Shown here: positions 57,576-64,000 of the stretch, one piece after another
Numbering within the stretch: position 1 is the first letter of the stretch
Layout of the letters: each line of letters starts with the position of its first letter
NCBI GenBank assembly: GCA_002083825.1
Contig: DAZV01000014.1
Span: forward strand, 1,080 to 65,079
Reading direction: 5' to 3'
Length of the DNA: 64,000 nucleotides
From: Candidatus Sericytochromatia bacterium S15B-MN24 CBMW_12
Lineage (GTDB): Bacteria; Cyanobacteriota; Sericytochromatia; S15B-MN24; UBA4093
Made by a program: the position numbers and the translations under genes
The notes under the pieces: model-generated
What the model was told of the DNA's origin: nothing
The model's input: only the letters and a program-made list of their open reading frames with translations
Database searches by the model: none

Positions 57576-58605
57576 ACTGCTTGACCGAGTAGGTCTTGAC
57601 GGCATCGACGAAGGCCTTGGCGTGGTCGGGGTCCATGTCGGGGAGGATGCCGTGGCCGAGGTTGAAGATATGGCCGGGGCGATCGCCGACGGCCTGGACC
57701 ATGGCCTTGACTTCCGCGGCAATTCGCTCGGGCGAGGCGTAGAGCAGGCAGGGATCCATGTTGCCCTGGAGGGCGACCCGGTCTCCGACCCGATCGAAGG
57801 CGTCCTTGAGGTCGACCTTCCAGTCGACGCCCAGCACGTCCGCGCCGGAGTCGGCGAGTTCCTCGAGCACGTGTCCGCCGCCGTTCATGTACAGCACGAC
57901 GGGAACTCCCATGTCCTGGATGCCCGCGATGATGCGCTTGACGTAGGGAAGTTCGTAATGCAGGTAATCTTTCCTCGAGAGGGCTCCGCCCCAGGACTCG
58001 AAGATCTGGACGATGTCGGCTCCGGCCGTGATCTGGTGGCGCAGGTAGTCGATCAGGGTCTCGGTGAGCTTGTCCATCAGGAGGGCGAAGGCCTGAGGCT
58101 CGTTGTACATCATCCGCTTGATCCAGGCGTAATTGCGGGAGCCCGTGCCCTCGATCATGTAGGCGGCGATGGTCCAGGGGGCTCCGCAGAAGCCGATCAC
58201 GGGGAGCTTTCCGGCCAGTTCGCGCTTGACGATCTTGATGGCCTCGCCCAGGAAGGGGACGGTTTCGTCGGCAGACGGCACACGCAGGGCCTCTACCTGG
58301 GCCAGGGTGCGGATGGGCTCGGGCAGGACGGGACCCTTGGAGTCGGTGAAGGTCAGTTTCTGGCCCATGGGCTCGACCGGGATCAGGATGTCGGAGAAGA
58401 TGATGGCGGCGTCGACGCCGATCCGGGAGATGGGCTGGAGGGTGAGCTCGGCCGCAATTTCGGGGGTCTTGCAGCGAGAAAGGAAGTCCATGTTGGCGCG
58501 GATGGCGCGGAATTCGGGGAGATACCGCCCAGCCTGCCGCATGATCCAAACGGGTGCGCGATCAACGGGCTGCCGGCGGGCAGCTTGAATGAGACGGTGG
58601 GTCAT
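57568..58605 (-). CDS. hemE: Uroporphyrinogen decarboxylase
   Basis: PVWIMRQAGRYLPE, DAAIIFSDIL, QGNMDP, IFNLGHG. Confidence 0.96.
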   Translation of the reverse strand: MTHRLIQAARRQPVDRAPVWIMRQAGRYLPEFRAIRANMDFLSRCKTPEIAAELTLQPISRIGVDAAIIFSDILIPVEPMGQKLTFTDSKGPVLPEPIRTLAQVEALRVPSADETVPFLGEAIKIVKRELAGKLPVIGFCGAPWTIAAYMIEGTGSRNYAWIKRMMYNEPQAFALLMDKLTETLIDYLRHQITAGADIVQIFESWGGALSRKDYLHYELPYVKRIIAGIQDMGVPVVLYMNGGGHVLEELADSGADVLGVDWKVDLKDAFDRVGDRVALQGNMDPCLLYASPERIAAEVKAMVQAVGDRPGHIFNLGHGILPDMDPDHAKAFVDAVKTYSVKQYA

Positions 58606-58650
58606 ACGGCCAGATCCTCTTTTCGAAAGCGGTAAAACGCTTCCAGTCTA

Positions 58651-59091
58651 TCACATGGCCCAACCGAAGACCGGCTTGAGGATGACCAGGATGACGATCC
58701 CCACCATGAGGAGGGTGGGGACCTCGTTCATGAGGCGCATGCGTTTGTCGCTGAAGGCGCGGGGATTCTCGCCGAACTTCTTCTCGGCTTGAACGGCATG
58801 CCAGTGGTTGAGGAGCATGAAGCCGACCAGGACGAGCTTGGCCTGCATCCAGCCCTGCTGGAGGAGCGCGGGGGAAACGGCGAGCATGCCGGTGCCGAAG
58901 ATCAGGGTGGCGACCATGGCGGGGGTCATGATGGCCCGGCGCAGCCGTCGCTCCATGCCCTTGAAGCGCTCGATGACGACGGGCTCGGTCTCCATGGCGT
59001 GGTTGACGAGCAGCCGCCAGAAGTAGAGGATGCCGGCCATCCAGCTGATGACGGCGATGACGTGAAGGGCCTTGAACCAAAGATAAAGCAT
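58651..59091 (-). CDS. hemJ: Protoporphyrinogen oxidase HemJ
   Basis: YLWFKALHVIAVISWMAG, ME.RL...IMTPAM, R.MNEVPT...VILKP. Confidence 0.9.
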   Translation of the reverse strand: MLYLWFKALHVIAVISWMAGILYFWRLLVNHAMETEPVVIERFKGMERRLRRAIMTPAMVATLIFGTGMLAVSPALLQQGWMQAKLVLVGFMLLNHWHAVQAEKKFGENPRAFSDKRMRLMNEVPTLLMVGIVILVILKPVFGWAM

Positions 59092-59168
59092 GGCTTTATC
59101 CTACGCGCCAGAGAGCGGGAGAGCAAGCGAAAGCGCCGCTCATCCCCTCCCTTCCTGAGTAACCCGGG

Positions 59169-59501
59169 TTAGACCGGTTCCGGGGTGAAGGAGACCGTGT
59201 ACTGCCCGGCCCTACAGATTGCCTGGCTTAGCGCCAAGCCGTATTGCGGCTGGCCGGGACGGACCATCTCTTGGTGCATGACGAGCCGTCGATCGCCTTC
59301 TTCGCCCTCCATGCTTTCTCCCTTGAAGGGGAGGTCAGGGCGCGCGCTCACTTCGTGAACGACGGCCTCCAGATGCGGATCGTCGGATGCATCCACCCGG
59401 ATCGCAGTCCCCTCCAGAGTCACTTTTCCCCTCAGCTTCGGCATGTAGCCGGTGCTGGCATCCATTTTCCAGAGATAGAAGGTGAAAGCCTCGAGACTCA
59501 T
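59169..59501 (-). CDS. Hypothetical protein, translationally coupled to the upstream zincin
   Basis: 110-aa ORF whose ATG overlaps the upstream TGA (ATGA). Confidence 0.65.
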   Translation of the reverse strand: MSLEAFTFYLWKMDASTGYMPKLRGKVTLEGTAIRVDASDDPHLEAVVHEVSARPDLPFKGESMEGEEGDRRLVMHQEMVRPGQPQYGLALSQAICRAGQYTVSFTPEPV

Positions 59502-60421
59502 TTCGCGAACACTCCGTTCATGACGCCGTCACCCGTGGCCCAGGCATGGGCTTCGATCGGCTGTGTGCGGTACCCTTGGGGATCTTTGCTGGCGCTGATG
59601 TAGTTCCTGTTGTTCTCTGCCCATTCCCGGGCAACCGGCACCATGAAGTGGGATTCATCTATTGTTCCGCTATCGAGGCGACGCCCGACACTATTGACCA
59701 CTGCATCCTGATAGACATGGGTCTGCTCATGGGCGATCGTGTTCACGAACTCGGGCAAGTTGTCGAGATGATACGGCGATATGCTGATCTTCCCGCTCTC
59801 TGGGGAGTAGTAGCCAAAGGCACCGGGACGCTTGACCAAATCGGCTTCGAGGCGCAGCGGAGCTGCCTCGAAGCCGTAGATGTTCGCCTGCAACTCGGAG
59901 ATCCGAGTTCCCGCTTGCATTTTGGCCGCGTATCCCAGTCGATCCCAGTTCTGGAAGGCCTCTTGGAGCGGCGCGTCCGCGCGGATGCTCTCAGTCAGTT
60001 GGCCGCGCTGGAGGAAATCCATCTCCTTGAAGCTCGAGACCTTTGGCAGTTCCGGTAGCGACGGCAAGGGCCCCAGGAGCTTGTCGACGACCATCTCCTG
60101 CAGTTCCTCCTGGCCTAGAGCTCGGCCCGTACCGGGAAGGTCATTCAGGCCAGAGATGGCGTTCTCAAACCCCGCCAGAAAGTCATCGACGGGCTGAGCG
60201 GGCCCGCCGGCCGCATCCGAGGAGCCCCGCGCGAAGTCGTCCAAGTTTAGCTGCGACGAGGCGCCGGATCCGAGCCCCGGCGTCGAAACGGTATCCCCCT
60301 CGACCGACGGAGCGTACGATGCCTCATTGTCGGCCGCCATGGGGCCACCAGACGCTTCTGGTGCGCGCGGAGGCGTCCCGAAGCCCTGAATGGTTGGAAA
60401 ACTACCAATTGAGTGGGTCAT
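59498..60421 (-). CDS. Putative zincin-like metallopeptidase (HEXXH) with a low-complexity N-terminus
   Basis: GYY...I.I...NTIAHEQTHVYQ...YRTQPIEAHAW; GGAGG Shine-Dalgarno before ATG 60421. Confidence 0.75.
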   Translation of the reverse strand: MTHSIGSFPTIQGFGTPPRAPEASGGPMAADNEASYAPSVEGDTVSTPGLGSGASSQLNLDDFARGSSDAAGGPAQPVDDFLAGFENAISGLNDLPGTGRALGQEELQEMVVDKLLGPLPSLPELPKVSSFKEMDFLQRGQLTESIRADAPLQEAFQNWDRLGYAAKMQAGTRISELQANIYGFEAAPLRLEADLVKRPGAFGYYSPESGKISISPYHLDNLPEFVNTIAHEQTHVYQDAVVNSVGRRLDSGTIDESHFMVPVAREWAENNRNYISASKDPQGYRTQPIEAHAWATGDGVMNGVFAK

Positions 60422-60511
60422 CCGGCTGCCTCCGTTCAACGAGAGCTTACAAGGACGGTTGTCTGCGGATTTCGCGGCCGGCTTTCGCCAGTTAATCAAT
60501 AAGTAATAGCT

Positions 60512-60559
60512 AAATAATCCCTGCAAAAAATCTGAAAATAACGCCCGCAAAAATTCTGA
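60512..60559. repeat. Tandem 24-bp AT-rich direct repeat upstream of the zincin
   Basis: AAATAATCCCTGCAAAAAATCTGA / AAATAACGCCCGCAAAAATTCTGA (20/24 identical). Confidence 0.75.
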
Positions 60560-60834
60560 GCCGGCTTTGGGAGGTGCCCGATCCGGATTCATCCGTGATC
60601 AGCCAAGCGAAACATCGGTCTGACAGCCTTTCCTGGCCGTCATCCGGCAGCAAAGGCGCCAGGGGCAGGGTCGAAGCGTGCCGCGAGATTTCCGGGGAAT
60701 TGGATCGGGCGCGGAGGGGGACAGACTGTATCATGCGGGGATGACCGGCGGGGATGACCGGCTCCTCGTAGGTCGAATACAATCACAGCCTACCAAGGGA
60801 ACCGATCATCCCCTCCCTTCATGACGGATCCGGG

Positions 60835-61236
60835 CTAGGGCATGTCATGGGGCATGGACGGCTCTTGACCTTCCTCCGGCATGGTCCGCTGAGCCGGTGC
60901 GTTCGCGACAGGCTGGAGGGCCTGGAAGCGCCCATCCGTCGTGCGGATGAAGAGGAGGTTTCGACCGCCGAGTCCGGCACCGCCGCCGGGGAGCTGGTAG
61001 AGCACGTAGCCTTCGGAGGTGCCGACCGCGACGAGGTTGCTCTCGTCACCTTCCATGGGCTCGCCGACGGTTTGGTAGATGATGCCGTTGTGGACGATGG
61101 TCTCCTGCCCCAGTGCGGGGTCGAAAGCCACCTGAGCGGACCGCTCTTCGGCCTGGCGGACCTGGCTGGGCTGACAGCCAGCCAGCATGGTCATGCTTGC
61201 CAGGGCGAGGACGGCTCCTAATCGCAGTTTTAGCAT
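60835..61236 (-). CDS. Hypothetical lipoprotein
   Basis: MLKLRLGAVLALASMTMLAGC lipobox; C-terminal part of the listed ORF. Confidence 0.72.
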   Translation of the reverse strand: MLKLRLGAVLALASMTMLAGCQPSQVRQAEERSAQVAFDPALGQETIVHNGIIYQTVGEPMEGDESNLVAVGTSEGYVLYQLPGGGAGLGGRNLLFIRTTDGRFQALQPVANAPAQRTMPEEGQEPSMPHDMP

Positions 61237-61485
61237 TTTGTCTCTCTTTCCTCTCGCATCGGGCCCCCAGTGAGTTGGCCGATCGCAGAGGCTAGCAGCA
61301 TCGGCAAGCCGAGGCAACGATCGGCTGCATGCCAAACGCCCGGGAGCTTCATTGTCACCTTGGACGAAGTCTTCCCCGAGACGCCCATCATAGGATGGGA
61401 CTCGGAGTCGTGTCCCCGCTTCGCCGGATGGCGCCCTGTAGCGCGTTGGCGAGGCCCGCGGGCGAAGGATTAGAAGGAGGTTCCG

Positions 61486-61965
61486 ATGGTGATGCGAAAG
61501 GCGATGGCGCTCTTGCTGGCCCTGGGGATACCGCTGGTGGCTTGTCAGCCGGCAGAGCAAGAGGCGGGTGGCGGGGCCGGTGGCGAACGTCAGGTCGAGC
61601 GCCCGATGGCGGTGGGCGCGAACCCGGGCGATCGCTTCGAAGAGGCCTACACCAACCTGGCCGAGGCGCATATCAGCCTGGTCCAGGGAGACTGGGACGC
61701 AGCCTCTACCAACATCAAGGAAGTGCGCGAGAACCTCGACGGGATGAAGCCGGCGCAAGGCGAGCAGATGGACGAGGCCGTGACCAGCCGGATCACCCGG
61801 CTCCAGCAAGAAACCCTCGGTCTCGACCAGCTGATCACCAACCGGAGTCCCGAGGCCGTCGAGCAGTCGCGGACCCTCATGAACACCTTCACCCGCGAGT
61901 CCACCCTGGCGCAGGTGGGCCTCGAAGGCGGCGGAGCGGGCACCACCAAAAAGATGAACCGCTGA
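61486..61965 (+). CDS. Hypothetical helical lipoprotein
   Basis: Lipobox LVAC; AAGGAGG Shine-Dalgarno. Confidence 0.75.
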   Translation: MVMRKAMALLLALGIPLVACQPAEQEAGGGAGGERQVERPMAVGANPGDRFEEAYTNLAEAHISLVQGDWDAASTNIKEVRENLDGMKPAQGEQMDEAVTSRITRLQQETLGLDQLITNRSPEAVEQSRTLMNTFTRESTLAQVGLEGGGAGTTKKMNR

Positions 61966-62210
61966 AAGTAGGATTCCGAGCCGCCGCCCCGTAGCCACCC
62001 CGAAAGAAGGCCTCAAGTGGGCCCAAGCCCAAGCCGGTAGCGCGTCTCAGGCGCGAGAATCCTCGGGATTCTCGCGCCGCCCCCTTTTCACCCCCGCGCT
62101 TTAGCAAAATCCGCTAGAATTGATCCAGGAAACAACCAGGTCTCCCCGCCCACCTATTCTGGACGGCGGACCGCCATGCGAAGGGCCGAGAGGGCCGAGG
62201 GATTGCGCCG

Positions 62211-62945
62211 ATGGGATTGCTGAACGCCTTGTTCTCGCTTTACGGATGGACCCTCTGGATCTTGCACCTCGCGATCGCCGGCCCCCTCATCCTGCTCGTC
62301 GTCAGCATCTCCCCCCCCGCGGCCTTCGGTCTCATCAAGGCCATGTGCCGCTCCGCACTCCGCCTGGTCGGAATCAACGTGCGCGTCTCCGGCCTGCAAC
62401 ACGTCGATAACCAGCGCCAGTACTTGCTCATGGGCAATCACCCCAGCATGCTCGACCCTTTCTTCGTGGCGATCGCGCTCCCGCACTTCGCGGTTGCCGT
62501 CGAAAAGGCCGCTAACTTCAAGATCCCCGTCTACGGCCGCATCGTGGCCCGATGGGGGAACATCCCCATCCACAAGGACGATCCCGTCCGAGCCCGCCAG
62601 GCCATCGCTCTCGCCACCGAACGCTTCCGCCAAGGCAAGTCCCTGGTCATCCTCCCCGAAGGCACCCGCTCCAAGGACGGTCGGCTCGGACCCTTCAAGA
62701 AGGGGGGCTTCCACCTCGCCATCGACACCGGCGCCACCATCCTCCCCTTCACCATCAAGGGCGCCTTCCCCGTCTTCCCTTCCGGCGGCTGGCGCATCCA
62801 TCCCGGCGTCGTGGAGGTCGTCTTCGGTGCGCCCCTGAGCGCCGAGGGAGTCTCCCGCGATCGCCTCGACGCCCTGCTCGCCGAAACCCGAAGCCGGATC
62901 GAAGCCCCCCTTTCCCCCCAAGAAGCCACACTCGCCTTGGCATAA
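62211..62945 (+). CDS. plsC: 1-acyl-sn-glycerol-3-phosphate acyltransferase family
   Basis: NHPSMLD, PEGTRS, FKKGGF. Confidence 0.85.
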   Translation: MGLLNALFSLYGWTLWILHLAIAGPLILLVVSISPPAAFGLIKAMCRSALRLVGINVRVSGLQHVDNQRQYLLMGNHPSMLDPFFVAIALPHFAVAVEKAANFKIPVYGRIVARWGNIPIHKDDPVRARQAIALATERFRQGKSLVILPEGTRSKDGRLGPFKKGGFHLAIDTGATILPFTIKGAFPVFPSGGWRIHPGVVEVVFGAPLSAEGVSRDRLDALLAETRSRIEAPLSPQEATLALA

Positions 62946-62991
62946 CCTGGCTTTAAACTTCAAAGGCCATGACCTGTCGTATCATGGAGGC

Positions 62992-63762
62992 ATGGAACGC
63001 CTTTTCGATCGCGGGCTGCCCGCTGGACCCATCGACCCCGAGGACGCCTACCTGGACCTCGGGATCCCGCCGGGAACCGGGCGCCCTTACACCGTCCTGA
63101 CCATGATCTCCACGCTTGACGGCAAGGCCGTGGTCGGCGGGAAGGGTTCGACCTGGAGCCTCGGCACCGAGGTCGATCATGTCCTGTTCCAGCAGATCCA
63201 GCGGAACTGCGACGCGGTCCTCGTCGGCGCGGGGGTGATGCGCGTGGACGACATTCCCTACCCGCGCATCACCCCCGCGGAAACCCGTCGCCGCACGGAC
63301 CTCGGTCTGCGGCCCCGGCCCCTCTGGATCGTGATCAGCGGAAGCGGCAGACTATCGCCGGATCTCCGGCTATTCGAGGCGGATTCCTCCGATACCATGC
63401 TCGTCACGACCGAGTCAGCCGACCCGGAGGCCCTCAGGGCCCTGCTGGGCAAGACCCGGATTGCCGCTTTCGGAAGACAGGAGCTGGATTTCGGAGCCAT
63501 GGGGCGCGCCCTGCGCGAAGTCCACGGTATTCGCCGCTTGAATTCCCTGGGCGGGCCGATCTTGAACGGGGCGATGCTGGAAGCGGGACTGATCGACGAG
63601 CTCTTCCTGACGCTCGCGCCCAAGATCCAGAACGGCCGGCAAGCCGTCACGCTCTTCGAGGGGAGCGGAAGGCCTCAGGATCAGCTCGTCGGGGCTTCAC
63701 TCGTGAGTTTATATCGTTCCGGCGACGAGCTCTACCTGCGTTACCGCCTCGCGGGCTCGTAG
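62992..63762 (+). CDS. RibD C-terminal-like pyrimidine reductase family protein
   Basis: RPYTVLTMISTLDGK, DAVLVGAG, GGP.LN...L..GLIDELFLTLAP. Confidence 0.82.
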   Translation: MERLFDRGLPAGPIDPEDAYLDLGIPPGTGRPYTVLTMISTLDGKAVVGGKGSTWSLGTEVDHVLFQQIQRNCDAVLVGAGVMRVDDIPYPRITPAETRRRTDLGLRPRPLWIVISGSGRLSPDLRLFEADSSDTMLVTTESADPEALRALLGKTRIAAFGRQELDFGAMGRALREVHGIRRLNSLGGPILNGAMLEAGLIDELFLTLAPKIQNGRQAVTLFEGSGRPQDQLVGASLVSLYRSGDELYLRYRLAGS

Positions 63763-64000
63763 CAGGAAGGCCTCGGGGATCCGCGTCTCGGCCTGGCCGT
63801 TGGGCCAAGCGATCAAGCCGAAAACCTCGCGCCCCTGAATCAGGTAGCGCTCCTCGAAGTTGGTGAGGGGCCGATTGACCGGAATCGCGATCTGATAGGG
63901 GATTTCCAGCTCGTCGAGCACGCTGACGGTATAGTGGAAGAGCGAGGCGTGATCGGTGCGGAAGTTCAGCATGCCGCCCGGCTTGAGCAGACGCTGGTAG
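63709..64000 (-). CDS. trmB: tRNA (guanine-N7)-methyltransferase, 3' part (runs off the window)
   Basis: YQRLLKPGGMLNFRTD...TNFEERY...G motifs. Confidence 0.7.
   Translation of the reverse strand, partial: YQRLLKPGGMLNFRTDHASLFHYTVSVLDELEIPYQIAIPVNRPLTNFEERYLIQGREVFGLIAWPNGQAETRIPEAFLLRAREAVTQVELVAGTI

Overview
A GC-rich, mostly core bacterial chromosome segment. It holds housekeeping genes (tmk, argS, rlmH, rplI-dnaB-purA, alaS, murI, holB-ricT, speA, valS, rnhA, tig-clpP-clpX-lon, surE, hemJ-hemE-hemN, plsC, partial trmB), two tandem tRNA-Ala(GGC) genes, signalling genes and several orphan lipoproteins or export candidates. Cyanobacteria-type markers (LdpA next to a Ycf45-like ATPase, HemJ) occur together with Firmicutes-like gene order and chemotaxis/flagellar-type genes. 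This suggests a non-photosynthetic relative of Cyanobacteria such as Ca. Sericytochromatia (inference only). No CRISPR array, integrase, transposase or prophage is evident. The most notable items are: (1) a duplicated ~130-bp element with a perfect CRP-family box and conserved spacing, flanking a CPBP/Abi-SdpR-SdpI cassette and preceding an unannotated 54-aa zinc-ribbon ORF and an orphan two-repeat lipoprotein; (2) a signal-less HEXXH zincin with a coupled small gene behind a tandem 24-bp repeat; (3) a signal-less CHAP + GH73 peptidoglycan hydrolase; (4) an ldpA-ycf45 pair inside a decarboxylase-tmk operon with an apparent CTG start; (5) c-di-GMP-type genes directly ahead of replication genes. 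All calls come from reading the sequence; no searches were run.
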